Source of the DNA: an uncultured virus (IMG/VR IMGVR_UViG_3300044617_000645)
Lineage: Duplodnaviria > Heunggongvirae > Uroviricota > Caudoviricetes
IMG/VR virus record: IMGVR_UViG_3300044617_000645
Length of the DNA: 64,000 nt
Strand: one strand, 5' to 3'
Shown here: in pieces, positions 8,697-18,569 of the stretch
How positions within the stretch are numbered: the stretch's first letter is position 1
Layout of the letters: the number at the start of each line of letters is the position of its first letter
Notes under the pieces: generated by a model
The model's database searches: none
Told to the model about the DNA's origin: nothing
What the model saw: the letters and a program-made list of their open reading frames with translations, nothing else
Translations under genes and position numbers: made by a program

Positions 8697-9133
8697 AATA
8701 CTAACTTACAGTAAGCGTTAGTACCTGTCTCGCCCTCACGCCACTCTGAAATCAATTCAAAACCAGCAGACTTATAAGTTGACCAACTCTCATATCTAGG
8801 ATAACTCCATACTGCATCAGAGTTTTCTTTTCTGCCCTGATTGATAGTGGCTAATAGTAATTCTTTACCATAGCCCTTCTTTCTATAATCAGGAAACACA
8901 TATAAACCCCTCGATCTATATGTATTATCACAACATTTGTGACCGCTATTACAACCTACTATTGTGCCGTTGTCTTTGACGATAAAGAATGTAGGTTCGT
9001 ATTCATAATTTTTAAGATCATATTGATCGCCCATCAACATAGCACTATGTTTTTCTATAGGGCTTTTTCTATCAGGCCATAAATGATTGATCCAAATATT
9101 ATACACTACATCATACTCAACTTGTTCTATCAT
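8693..9133 (-). CDS. GNAT-family N-acetyltransferase
   Basis: LYVFPDYRKKGYGKELL acetyl-CoA motif A; YKSAGF. Confidence 0.85.
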   Translation of the reverse strand: MIEQVEYDVVYNIWINHLWPDRKSPIEKHSAMLMGDQYDLKNYEYEPTFFIVKDNGTIVGCNSGHKCCDNTYRSRGLYVFPDYRKKGYGKELLLATINQGRKENSDAVWSYPRYESWSTYKSAGFELISEWREGETGTNAYCKLVF

Positions 9134-9924
9134 ATTAGATTTTCTTCTACGTTATATAAAAATTTAGATGCATGACCGGGTAAAAGCAAATCATCTTTGT
9201 GGGCTACTCTTATAGTGAAAGCCATGCGGGGTGATGAGTCCATGTTCTGAGTTACGCCGTGTACTGCTTGATGCCCGTTAATGATTATCAAACTATTAGA
9301 TTTAGGTTTGAATGTAAAACCATATGGACTCCATATCTCGCCCCCTAATCCTTCTTTATGATCATAAAGATAAAAAGTGATACTGTACATTCTAGCATCT
9401 CTATGATCTGTAGTATACGGTGATGATTTTACGTTTGTTAAATGAGGTGCAGAATCTAAATGATATGCTAAGTATTTACCCTGTTCAAGGTAATTTAAGT
9501 GCAATCTATAGAATATCCAATCATCTTTGTTGTCTGCGAAAGGTTTTAGATTTTTGACAACTGATGTTGCTTTGTAAAAAATAGAACTTATGTTATTTCT
9601 AATAGTGTCATCTGCCCATTTAGAAATAGTGTCGTTGGTTTGATTGTAATAATCTCTTAAGAATGTGATATCATAGACGACTATCTGTTCCCGAGCATTT
9701 TGAGCATGACTTAATATTCTTTTACTTTCTGTACCTATTTTAAAAGTTGTTGAATGGGTTAAGTAAGTTTTTGTATCACCATTCAATAGTATAGAAGATA
9801 TGCAATTTTTTAGTGTGTTAAAAAAATGTGGTTCAAAAACATCATGGTAGATGTAGCCTTCTAACGCCACTCTACCATAATGTTCTGTTTTAATATCTTC
9901 TTTGAATTCAGTACAAAGAGTCAC
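9130..9924 (-). CDS. 2OG-Fe(II) oxygenase
   Basis: YHLD, YLY...GGE, HGV, R-x-A. Confidence 0.8.
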   Translation of the reverse strand: MTLCTEFKEDIKTEHYGRVALEGYIYHDVFEPHFFNTLKNCISSILLNGDTKTYLTHSTTFKIGTESKRILSHAQNAREQIVVYDITFLRDYYNQTNDTISKWADDTIRNNISSIFYKATSVVKNLKPFADNKDDWIFYRLHLNYLEQGKYLAYHLDSAPHLTNVKSSPYTTDHRDARMYSITFYLYDHKEGLGGEIWSPYGFTFKPKSNSLIIINGHQAVHGVTQNMDSSPRMAFTIRVAHKDDLLLPGHASKFLYNVEENLI

Positions 9925-9926
9925 GA

Positions 9927-11696
9927 TTACTTAATTGACGCGCTCCAAGCAGCATAGAAACTTATGCTATTAGTTTCAGTCAATGCCAATGTGATATCGC
10001 TTTCTTTAGTCTCAGCGTACAATGGATTAGTCTGGAAGTAGAACATAGTTGTTCCGGTCATTCTTGCTCTTGATGTTGTTGCTACTGCAACGAACTCAAT
10101 CATTTTGAGTTTAGTCTCTTCAGGAAGAGTTACAGTAGGATTAGCGATAGTGAGAGTACCTGTTTCTGGCTCTAGATTCATGAACTGCGCATAATCGGCT
10201 TCCATTGCAGAATCTAACCATTCGATAGACCATACTACAGGATCATCCGGGAATACTACATTCAAGTCAGATACATTGATGGCACTGTTTAAGTTAGCAA
10301 CAATAGGCTCACCTGACTCAGGATGCACACCTAAATACATAGTCATGTTATTATTTTTATAACTAGCGTTTGGATCTGAAGTGATTAAGTAGACGATCTT
10401 ATTTTGATTTTCGCTGAAAGTGCTATCTTCAAACAACAATGCGTTTTCAGTAGCAGTAGTGATGATAGTGTTTTTCATCTGTGCAAACGGAACCATGTCC
10501 GCAAACAATGCTCCTATCTCCGCTGCAACACCTGCTACTAAAGGTGCGCTGAAAGATGTACCGGAGATCATTAGATATCCGCCTGTATAGTTTGCTACAA
10601 CAACTGCCTCACCGGGTGCAAACAAGTCTAGTTCTTGACCATGACCAGTAGTTACCCCTGCGTCACTTGGACTGATGTTGTTGAATCCGCAAGGGATATC
10701 ATATTTGTCCATCGCCGCAACTGTCAATACATCTACCATACCTGCAGGGCTTATGTCTGCAATATCGATACCATCGTTACCTGCTGCGCAGATAACAGTA
10801 ATACCTAAGTCTAGTAGGCCCTGTACTTTAGCATCCAAGTATGCTGAACGTGCAGTACCCCAAGACATGTTACAAATTCTTGTCTTTAATGGGTCTGCGC
10901 TAGCAACAGCAACAAGTGCGTCTATCGCTTGACCTATTTGAAGTATACTTGCTGTGCCAGTAGCATCACCGATCTTAACATTGAATACTTTGCAATTATT
11001 AGCGATACCTAAATTCTTACCTACAGCCATGCTAGTTACGGCTGTACCGTGACCGATGTTATCATCATAGTAGTCATAAGGACCGCCCGGAGGACCAAAG
11101 CATGTCCAAAAATTTACACCTTCAAAGCCTGGGTAATCAAATTCAGGATGTGAGAAGTTGATACCTGTATCAAATACGTAAAGTTCTGGCTTTGATAGAT
11201 AAGTCATATCATGTGTACTGAATGATTCAGCCAATGGACGATAACGACTTACAATTCTGATTCTAGGCCATTGTGCATCTGAACCTGTAGGATCTAACGA
11301 TGTTGATTCACCGTTCATAGATTCGATGCTACCGACGTTAGCCATCAATTTCATTGGAGCACTGGTATGTTCGATAGAGTCTACGTTATCTGCAAGGTTA
11401 GTAGCATCAACAGATGATACATGATAGAATCCGTTCCCTAAATCAGCGATGATTGTAGCCCATTGTCCGAAATGAATCGGGTCACCCTTAATAACGAATT
11501 CTTGAATAGTTGCCGCGCCCATGCCTGCTTCAAGTACTGCTACCTGATGGTAATCGGTCGCGGTGGGATCCAGTTTAGCAAACTGAAGTAAATGCCAACC
11601 GATATCCAAATCAAGTGCATCTACTTTTGTAGTTAATTTAAAACGGTCTGCAAATGCGTCTCTTGACGCTGTATCTGCGAATGTAACTCTAATCAT
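9927..11696 (-). CDS. Subtilisin-like S8 serine protease with N-terminal prodomain and C-terminal extension
   Basis: DTG, GHGT, AAGN, SGTSFSAP catalytic motifs. Confidence 0.92.
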   Translation of the reverse strand: MIRVTFADTASRDAFADRFKLTTKVDALDLDIGWHLLQFAKLDPTATDYHQVAVLEAGMGAATIQEFVIKGDPIHFGQWATIIADLGNGFYHVSSVDATNLADNVDSIEHTSAPMKLMANVGSIESMNGESTSLDPTGSDAQWPRIRIVSRYRPLAESFSTHDMTYLSKPELYVFDTGINFSHPEFDYPGFEGVNFWTCFGPPGGPYDYYDDNIGHGTAVTSMAVGKNLGIANNCKVFNVKIGDATGTASILQIGQAIDALVAVASADPLKTRICNMSWGTARSAYLDAKVQGLLDLGITVICAAGNDGIDIADISPAGMVDVLTVAAMDKYDIPCGFNNISPSDAGVTTGHGQELDLFAPGEAVVVANYTGGYLMISGTSFSAPLVAGVAAEIGALFADMVPFAQMKNTIITTATENALLFEDSTFSENQNKIVYLITSDPNASYKNNNMTMYLGVHPESGEPIVANLNSAINVSDLNVVFPDDPVVWSIEWLDSAMEADYAQFMNLEPETGTLTIANPTVTLPEETKLKMIEFVAVATTSRARMTGTTMFYFQTNPLYAETKESDITLALTETNSISFYAAWSASIK

Positions 11697-11759
11697 CGTT
11701 ATAGGCTCCTGCTATATATGTATTATTTATCATTCTTCCTCAAACATTCTAAATAGTTA

Positions 11760-12554
11760 ATGATAAAAATACATGTTATCAGCGATCTTTACTTGGGTTT
11801 TAACGAATTTAGCACCGAAGAAGAACAATTACCGGACGTAGACCTTGTAATTTTGAACGGTAATATAGGGCAGTTAAAACGATGCATGTTATATGCTGAA
11901 ACCCTGTGTAAGAAGTATCCCGACATTCAATTCGTAGTCAATTTAGGAGAAGTAGAATATCATAGTTCTTGTCCTAAACACATGGGCGAACTTGAAGAAT
12001 CTTTGAATATTCGAAGGTCTGCAAATTTAGATTGGCCTAAAAATCTTCACTGGAGCACGGATTCCCAAATGGTCACACTGCGTAACGGAATTAAAGTAGA
12101 CATCTTGTGTCTCTATGGATACCCACAGATATATAGTCATTCTATACCATGGGAAGAAACCATATGGCACAAAACTTATACTATGGATATTTTGTATGAA
12201 TTTCCTGAGTCAGGGCCATGGCACAAACCTAATGAAACATCTAATGTCAGACATGGATATTGTCCGGTGTTTGCTACTAAAGACTGGATAAACAAGCAAC
12301 ATGCGAAAGAATGGATTATTGCCAGAAACTGGGAAGTAAAAGTTACGTGTCTAAAGATATTAGTGACGCATATCAATCCCTATAAAGATACACGCTGTGC
12401 CGGGCAAAAAGTAGCACCCTATCTTATACATCTACATAACGGTATATGGATAGGTTCAAATACTGAATGCAATGATGTAAGTTTCTTAGGAGGAAGATTG
12501 TATTCAAATCCCGGAAGAGGATCCCAGGCCAGGCATAAAGTTATCACGGTATAA
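11760..12554 (+). CDS. Degenerate calcineurin-like metallophosphoesterase-fold protein
   Basis: ISDLYL, LNGNIG, NLGEVE, VTH, SNPG at motif positions; most metal ligands replaced. Confidence 0.6.
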   Translation: MIKIHVISDLYLGFNEFSTEEEQLPDVDLVILNGNIGQLKRCMLYAETLCKKYPDIQFVVNLGEVEYHSSCPKHMGELEESLNIRRSANLDWPKNLHWSTDSQMVTLRNGIKVDILCLYGYPQIYSHSIPWEETIWHKTYTMDILYEFPESGPWHKPNETSNVRHGYCPVFATKDWINKQHAKEWIIARNWEVKVTCLKILVTHINPYKDTRCAGQKVAPYLIHLHNGIWIGSNTECNDVSFLGGRLYSNPGRGSQARHKVITV

Positions 12555-13532
12555 AGAACCTACTTTGTCTTCAATTAGTTGATCTTTAAATTTAAGTCTT
12601 GGATCTCCCAAAGGCATTACACTTAACATTTTTTCTATAGGGAATCTATATAATTTTTCAAACGTCCAACCGTCTCCGGTTTTCTTTTCTAAGTGATTCT
12701 TTACTAATTCAAAACCTGTGAACTTTTGTTTTTGAGGAATTATATTAAATCCTGCTCTTCTATATCCCCTGTTTTTCTGTAAATATCTTAAATCTTCCCA
12801 ATACTTTCGTTCTGTATAAGACACTACACTGCTCGGTACATAGCCAGTCACTGGTGGTGTAAGCAGAGAAATAGCCCAAGTGAGTTTAGGATTACAACTA
12901 AGAAAATTACCCTGACACTTAAATCCAGAAATGTTGCTGTAATTTATATAGTTTTGAGAATTTCTAGTATAGTTCATACCCCAACTGTTCAAGTATGTTG
13001 TATATAAAGGAGTGTTGCCTCCGGCTACTACTCCGTCGTATCCTTTCTGTCTTATCAAATCAAATAATTTATAATGTACATTAAAATGCGGGCTCGGGCT
13101 TTTGTATTTTTTAGCATATTCATAGTTAGATATAGAAAGGAAATTTAATACATCTATCTCAATTATGTTATATGGTATATTATTTTTACTGCAATACATC
13201 ACTGCATGATCTACGTCTTGACTATTCAAATTATTTTTAAATTTTAGAATGAAAAGATCAAACTTGATATCAGCCTCGACAAAACATTGAACCATGCACT
13301 GACTATCGACTCCCCCGCTGAAACTTAAAGCAATTTTTGAGCCTATAGAATTAGCAGTATGTTCGGCTGCTTTTATCCTATAGCGTCTTATGTCTTCTTC
13401 TAAAAAAGACAACGTATTAAAAAAATCAATATCTAAATTAACCGGTAGGTGATTTACTTCTCTACTGACAATATCAGAAAATATGCTAGAACAATCTAGC
13501 CAGTCATCATGAAAAAATTTAAATTGCGACAA
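12504..13532 (-). CDS. PP-loop (N-type ATP pyrophosphatase / asparagine-synthase-like) protein
   Basis: ALSFSGGVDS motif; KFTGFE. Confidence 0.7.
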   Translation of the reverse strand: MSQFKFFHDDWLDCSSIFSDIVSREVNHLPVNLDIDFFNTLSFLEEDIRRYRIKAAEHTANSIGSKIALSFSGGVDSQCMVQCFVEADIKFDLFILKFKNNLNSQDVDHAVMYCSKNNIPYNIIEIDVLNFLSISNYEYAKKYKSPSPHFNVHYKLFDLIRQKGYDGVVAGGNTPLYTTYLNSWGMNYTRNSQNYINYSNISGFKCQGNFLSCNPKLTWAISLLTPPVTGYVPSSVVSYTERKYWEDLRYLQKNRGYRRAGFNIIPQKQKFTGFELVKNHLEKKTGDGWTFEKLYRFPIEKMLSVMPLGDPRLKFKDQLIEDKVGSLYRDNFMPGLGSSSGI

Positions 13533-14154
13533 CTCTACGTACCATTTTTGCTAATAACTCAGGAGTCCACATAACATTAACGACTAACATAGTGCAACTG
13601 TCAATAAAACTGAATAGGCTATGTATTTTAGTAGTGTTGATGAAGTATACTTGTCCGGGTTTCAAATTTAATACTCGCTCTTCTTGTATCCATTTCATAT
13701 CATTAATACCGAAGTTGTTGATAGGAACAAGTATTCTAAAACTAGGAACACCTACTATGGCACCGTTGTCTCTGTGGGGAGGAAAGAAACCACCTTTGTC
13801 TAGGCGTAAGAAATGTGTTCTTCCCAGACAGGGTTCGAAGAAATCTAAGAGTTCTTTTAACTCAGGCATGAATTCTACTATGCTAGTTCTTTTATTGAAG
13901 TCTTGCTCACCAAATTTAGTATTGTGTATTTTGTTATATTCACGTAAACTAGCAAGATCAGGCTCGCCGCTAAATCCTCCATCTAGACTAGTAACGCTAA
14001 GACCAAATCTATTATAACCCGGCTTATGAGGTTGATAGACTTTCCATCCGGGGTGTCTCATGATGATATCATGAATTTTTCCAGCATGCCATACTGGAAA
14101 ATCTAGTTCTACTACATCTCCGTAGTTAACAATGAAATCGGTTAGTGTGTGCAT
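13519..14154 (-). CDS. Asp/Asn beta-hydroxylase-like 2OG-Fe(II) oxygenase
   Basis: GGFFPPHRD, FINTTKIHS; start inferred 5 nt after TAAATA (alternative 14160). Confidence 0.7.
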   Translation of the reverse strand: MHTLTDFIVNYGDVVELDFPVWHAGKIHDIIMRHPGWKVYQPHKPGYNRFGLSVTSLDGGFSGEPDLASLREYNKIHNTKFGEQDFNKRTSIVEFMPELKELLDFFEPCLGRTHFLRLDKGGFFPPHRDNGAIVGVPSFRILVPINNFGINDMKWIQEERVLNLKPGQVYFINTTKIHSLFSFIDSCTMLVVNVMWTPELLAKMVRRVVAI

Positions 14155-14182
14155 AGACATATTTATTTGGCTAAATATCACT

Positions 14183-14635
14183 ATGAAAGTAACCTTCATC
14201 TACAAAGGCTCAGTAAAGCCGCCTTCTATCTATGAAAAGTTTTCAGAAAAAGTAATCAATATAATGAAGGCTCTTTATGTATTACCTGATACGATAGAGA
14301 TACAATTCGAACAGATGGGACCTAGCATGTATGGTATGACTATGCTTGACCCTAGATTTCCAAATCGTATACGTATAAACCAAGATTTGTCATTAGAAGA
14401 ATATCTATTACCATTGACGCATGAATTAATTCACTTGCATCAAATGTTTACAAGTAGGTTGCAATCTAGACAGGGAGGGCGTATACTATGGGACAAGACT
14501 GTATATAAAGTCAACATGTTGGAGATGTCCTACGATGACTATCAGCAACTACCCTGGGAACTAGATGTTGCGGAAAAGCAACAAAAACTACTGAAGTTGT
14601 TGCAAGAAAACAACAGGAAACTGAAGGTTATGTAA
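14183..14635 (+). CDS. HExxH zinc metallopeptidase-like protein
   Basis: THELIHLHQ and YQQLPWE; TAAATA 5 nt before ATG 14183. Confidence 0.75.
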   Translation: MKVTFIYKGSVKPPSIYEKFSEKVINIMKALYVLPDTIEIQFEQMGPSMYGMTMLDPRFPNRIRINQDLSLEEYLLPLTHELIHLHQMFTSRLQSRQGGRILWDKTVYKVNMLEMSYDDYQQLPWELDVAEKQQKLLKLLQENNRKLKVM

Positions 14636-14713
14636 GTGATTGATTCATATAGATTTCCTGTAGCAAAAAAACAACAAAAAAGGCTTGACATTTGGGTCAA
14701 TAGGGCGCATAAT
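14567..14713 (+). promoter_or_regulatory. Early promoter with three GTTG-N8-CAAC-type palindromes
   Basis: Sites 14567-14582, 14599-14614, 14660-14675 (GTAG variant); TTGACA(14685)-17-CATAAT(14708). Confidence 0.8.
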
Positions 14714-14719
14714 ACATAT

Positions 14720-15055
14720 ATGCTGACAAAACAACGTAAACGCCGTAGTGATCGTAATCAAGCAATCTATATGCTTGAGAACACTATCACCGGTGAGCAA
14801 TACATAGGATTGACTGTAGTATCATATCGCGGTAACGCCGAGCGTACTATACAACGCCGATTCTTGAAGCACGTACAACGTGCAATGACTGAAAACAAGA
14901 GTTGGGGTCTGAGTCGCAACATTCGCAAGTATGGTGCTGAGGCTTTTATCGTTATGTTGGTAGATGTAGTACGCGGTAAGGCTGAGGCTCACAAAGTTGA
15001 GACTGGTCTTATCAATGAATTGCAACCCGCACTTAACACTTTTGGAGTAAAGTAA
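14720..15055 (+). CDS. GIY-YIG nuclease-domain protein
   Basis: AIY...QYIG, RF..H, E; ATG 6 nt after the -10 box (leaderless). Confidence 0.75.
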   Translation: MLTKQRKRRSDRNQAIYMLENTITGEQYIGLTVVSYRGNAERTIQRRFLKHVQRAMTENKSWGLSRNIRKYGAEAFIVMLVDVVRGKAEAHKVETGLINELQPALNTFGVK

Positions 15056-15285
15056 TGAATGAAAACATCGATATCCTGATACAATCTACTGCAACAATTT
15101 TAGATCGTGATCCACTAGATCAAACGGAAGATACGTATAGTATCCTACTTAAGTTCACGCAAGCCCTCGCTACAGAGTTAGGTGAGATCCTAGTGAAAAG
15201 TCCCTACAACGAAGGGGTTCTTATGTACTTTGACGAGAAAATTGCTCGCTACGAAGTTAAGAAGGCAGTTGGATTAAATGGATAA
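15055..15285 (+). CDS. Hypothetical protein
   Basis: GGAG RBS, TAATG coupling. Confidence 0.65.
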   Translation: MNENIDILIQSTATILDRDPLDQTEDTYSILLKFTQALATELGEILVKSPYNEGVLMYFDEKIARYEVKKAVGLNG

Positions 15286-15550
15286 CGTAATGAAAAATCG
15301 GTACGGAGATGAATATAGTTTTGTCAAGGTCGATGACAATACCTACACTATTGCCGGTGACTTGATGAATTGGCGATTTGGAGGATGTCAAGGCCAAGAA
15401 CAAATGGACTTCAGTAACTTAGGTTTTGTTGACCCTAGCGGTGGTCCGTTTATTCAACTAGGTGCAAGTATCGATGGTCGCAAGATCAAGCGCATCTCCG
15501 CATCCGGGGACTTCAACAAGATGCCCACTATAATGTTTGAAGTTGAATGA
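15278..15550 (+). CDS. Hypothetical protein (NRYGD...FVDPSGGPFI)
   Basis: ORF overlapping the upstream stop. Confidence 0.7.
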   Translation: MDNVMKNRYGDEYSFVKVDDNTYTIAGDLMNWRFGGCQGQEQMDFSNLGFVDPSGGPFIQLGASIDGRKIKRISASGDFNKMPTIMFEVE

Positions 15551-15570
15551 CGAAACCTATATAGGACATT

Positions 15571-15598
15571 AAACCCAACTAAATATTTAGTTGGGTTT
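15571..15598. repeat. Perfect 28-bp palindrome containing TAAATA on both strands
   Basis: AAACCCAACTAAATATTTAGTTGGGTTT. Confidence 0.9.
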
Positions 15599-15601
15599 TC
15601 C

Positions 15602-16564
15602 ATGATATACCATAATACCAAGCACAATATTTTTTATTATCCTATATTCAGATGCGGTAGCAGTATCCTTCGCGATATCTCATCACAATATGATGAACTA
15701 GTAGAGTATCACGATGACGAAGGATTCAAACTTATAGACCTTAATCGTGAATGTCCTATCTATGTAATTTATAGAGATCCCGAGACACGTTTTAAAAGTG
15801 GATTACAGATAACTATCACGAGGTTTTTACCCTGCGATATACCACCGCAGTCAAGATACGTTGATCAATTCTTGGATGAGGGACATGATGTTTCCTTTGA
15901 AAATGCTATGGGGTTTTTAGATAATGTTATCACTACAGATATCCCTAAAGTTTCTGGATCCTGGCAAGGTAAGATTATGCGACCGTTCCATTTATATGAC
16001 TCACACATCGATCATATGTTATGGAAGATACTGATACTCAAGGCATATGACTATAACGTTGTGCCCTTACCTATCAACAAATATGACAGTCATCTGGCTC
16101 CGTTATATCCTAAAGCATATAACGATATATTAAAGTCGCATGACAGGCCTGAAACTTTCAAACACAACAATAAGAGAGCATTAAGACTCTGGGATATCTA
16201 TAAAAAAGTTTTTATAGAAAATAAATATTTTCAGAACAAAACACAGAGACCGCATATCTCTTTTAAAGAGTGGATGGATGAAGAAAGAAAAGTCTTTGCT
16301 ACGATAGAAAAATTTAAGTCTGCTGCTACTTTTAAATTCGCCTGTGACAAGATGATAACGAAATTATTTGCGAACAAAATTTATTTTGAAGATATGTACT
16401 CGCCGTCATTAGAAAGAATTCATGAATTGTTAGATATATTACATCGTCATAAAAAACCTTTAAAACAATTTGAATTATTTCATAAAACATATAGGTCTAT
16501 CTCTGTACAAACGGATGAATTTCAAAGTGGTCAATACATAGAAAACGATAAGAGGAGAAAATAA
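15602..16564 (+). CDS. Sulfotransferase-family-like protein
   Basis: PIFRCGSS (5'-PSB-like) and RDPETRFKSG (3'-PB-like). Confidence 0.6.
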   Translation: MIYHNTKHNIFYYPIFRCGSSILRDISSQYDELVEYHDDEGFKLIDLNRECPIYVIYRDPETRFKSGLQITITRFLPCDIPPQSRYVDQFLDEGHDVSFENAMGFLDNVITTDIPKVSGSWQGKIMRPFHLYDSHIDHMLWKILILKAYDYNVVPLPINKYDSHLAPLYPKAYNDILKSHDRPETFKHNNKRALRLWDIYKKVFIENKYFQNKTQRPHISFKEWMDEERKVFATIEKFKSAATFKFACDKMITKLFANKIYFEDMYSPSLERIHELLDILHRHKKPLKQFELFHKTYRSISVQTDEFQSGQYIENDKRRK

Positions 16565-16566
16565 AT

Positions 16567-17370
16567 ATGCCGGTGTTAGGTGTATGTGGTGATAGTTGGT
16601 ATGCAGCCACGCAAAATATTGAAAATAATCCAGCATGCCATGATAGTGAAGGAAAGCATTTTAGTGAGATCCTTGCTAATAAATTAGACTATATGTTATT
16701 CACGCTGGCGCGCGGTGCCGCAAGCAATAGTTGTATACGATTGCAAATAACTGAAATGGTAAAGAGAAAAGTAGACTTCATATTGATAGGTACTACCTCT
16801 GTTAACAGGATAGAATATCCATTGTATCATGATAGAGAATATGATCCTAATTTAGGATTGTTCAACATCAATTACACATTTCATCCTGATCAAAGTTCTC
16901 AATATTTTTCAAAAAATAAAGAAGTTTTAGCAAGCGATACGTTGACTAACATTTTTGGTAACAAGAATAATCATGCCCCTGTGCGTAGCGAAGAACAACG
17001 TGAAGCAATAAAGAATTATTATCTAGAAGCATACGATGACAAATTCAGAGAACAACAAGATTCGTGGATCATAGCAAGCGGTATACAAATGATACGTGAT
17101 GCGAAAATTCCCTATCTTTTGTTAGGACATCCTTGGCTAGAGCATGCGGGATACTTCAAGGATTCTATCAGAGATGTATTATATGATGCTGAAAAGGGTA
17201 TAATTCCCTGGACTTATGGAGTCACTAGCGCACCCCATGCGACACGTAGATGGCATACGGTCGATGAGACACAAGTGATTGTAGCAGAAAAATTGTATAA
17301 GTACATAACCAAAAATAAGTTATTGACACTTGCCCAAAATACTTTACCTCAGACCAGTTCCAGTTTATGA
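16567..17370 (+). CDS. SGNH-like hydrolase-fold protein
   Basis: CGDSW, LARGAASN, C-terminal WH. Confidence 0.6.
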   Translation: MPVLGVCGDSWYAATQNIENNPACHDSEGKHFSEILANKLDYMLFTLARGAASNSCIRLQITEMVKRKVDFILIGTTSVNRIEYPLYHDREYDPNLGLFNINYTFHPDQSSQYFSKNKEVLASDTLTNIFGNKNNHAPVRSEEQREAIKNYYLEAYDDKFREQQDSWIIASGIQMIRDAKIPYLLLGHPWLEHAGYFKDSIRDVLYDAEKGIIPWTYGVTSAPHATRRWHTVDETQVIVAEKLYKYITKNKLLTLAQNTLPQTSSSL

Positions 17371-17397
17371 TACAAAGATTGATTAACTTTAAAGGAG

Positions 17398-17610
17398 ATG
17401 TCCTTGTCTACTCTAGAATCTACACAACGCCCGGTCGTTAAGTTTGATCCTAGCAACCCAGACCATCGTAAGTGGTTGGGCCAATTCACTACTAATCTGA
17501 GTTGGGGTAACTGCCCTGTCAGGTTCAGTAATGAGGGATATGGTAACACTGTTGCGCAAATGCAACAGCGATTGATACAGTATTACGTTAGCCAAGAATT
17601 TAATAAATAA
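17398..17610 (+). CDS. Hypothetical protein (FDPSNPDHR...WGNCPVRF)
   Basis: AAGGAG RBS; true start may be TTG 17404. Confidence 0.7.
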   Translation: MSLSTLESTQRPVVKFDPSNPDHRKWLGQFTTNLSWGNCPVRFSNEGYGNTVAQMQQRLIQYYVSQEFNK

Positions 17611-17649
17611 CTCTTGACAACAGGAACCAAATCCTGTAATATAATGGGT

Positions 17650-17814
17650 ATGAAAACTGAACGCATTTCTTTCGTTATCAAGGCCCCTAAGAAGCGTGTC
17701 CACAAGGCACTTTTCGACAGGGAGTGTAACTTTCGCGGCAAGCGCCAGGACGACAAGCACGCCTACAAGCGCAAGCCCAAAAACAACCGCTGGGACATTG
17801 AATATGAGTACTGA
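17650..17814 (+). CDS. Small basic protein with ArfA-like motif
   Basis: ALFD...FR...K.AY.RK.K pattern; TTGACA(17614)-17-TAATAT promoter just upstream. Confidence 0.5.
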   Translation: MKTERISFVIKAPKKRVHKALFDRECNFRGKRQDDKHAYKRKPKNNRWDIEYEY

Positions 17815-17974
17815 CCGTACACAGGAAATTCGTGACCTACGGGCTCTAGGATATGATACTTATACCATAGCCCGTAAACTTGAGTTGACGGTTCCCGAGG
17901 TCGAGAAAGTGATCTATGGGACTGATGAAGCGACCGATGATTCCTTGGTATTTTGGGCTAGTCAGCACTACTAA
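17804..17974 (+). CDS. Small HTH protein (56 aa)
   Basis: IRDLRALGYDTYTIARKLELTVPEVEKVI. Confidence 0.6.
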   Translation: MSTDRTQEIRDLRALGYDTYTIARKLELTVPEVEKVIYGTDEATDDSLVFWASQHY

Positions 17975-18062
17975 GTTGTTGTTTTTAAACAACATTTTTC
18001 CGTAAAAAATCCGTAAATTTCCGTAAAAAAGGCTTGACTTTGGGTCAGCCCGGTACTATAAT
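17972..18062 (+). promoter_or_regulatory. Early promoter cassette
   Basis: TAAGTTGTTGTTTTTAAACAAC, 3x TCCGTAAA, TTGACT(18034)-17-TATAAT(18057). Confidence 0.85.
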
Positions 18063-18091
18063 ATACATATAGTCGAGATTAAGGAACAGAT

Positions 18092-18559
18092 ATGAAAATC
18101 GTTATCACTACTCAAGTCCGCGAAAATTACGGTGACGCTAACAAGCCCTACTGGAAGTTCAAGGGCGGCGACACTTATGTTGTACCCGATCTCTCGGTCG
18201 AGCAGACCCTCAAGGTCAAGGAGTATGGAATCCCTACTCTCAGGGCATTGATTGAAACCCGCACTCAGGGTTTCGAGGAGTATGTCGTTGATTGGAGTAT
18301 CCTCGATGATGACGCTACTGTGTCCGAACCCTGGGAAACGCCCTATAATCTGTATTGGGAGCAGGGTCGTTGGGTCGCCCGTCGCATCGTTGAAAACGGT
18401 GAGTACGGATACATGCGAGCCGAGGTCGCTAGCAAGGCTGAAGAGTATGTTATGCTAATGGCTGGTGGTCGTGAGAATTATGTTGCTGTCTATACTATGC
18501 GCAACGGTGATGTTGTGAATAGTAAGGATGTGGAAGTTTATTTAACTAAGGCTGCTTAA
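18092..18559 (+). CDS. Early hypothetical protein (ENYG...YWKFKGG)
   Basis: AAGGA RBS after a strong promoter. Confidence 0.8.
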   Translation: MKIVITTQVRENYGDANKPYWKFKGGDTYVVPDLSVEQTLKVKEYGIPTLRALIETRTQGFEEYVVDWSILDDDATVSEPWETPYNLYWEQGRWVARRIVENGEYGYMRAEVASKAEEYVMLMAGGRENYVAVYTMRNGDVVNSKDVEVYLTKAA

Positions 18560-18569
18560 GGAGAAAATC

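Noticed and set aside
12504..13532. Lasso-peptide cyclase, QueC or TilS call for the PP-loop protein
   Set aside because: Only SGGxDS is recognisable; no precursor/B protein, QueC Cys cluster or TilS motifs.
14720..15055. Mobile homing endonuclease or intron
   Set aside because: Only a ~110-aa catalytic-type domain, no DNA-binding extension and no interrupted host gene.
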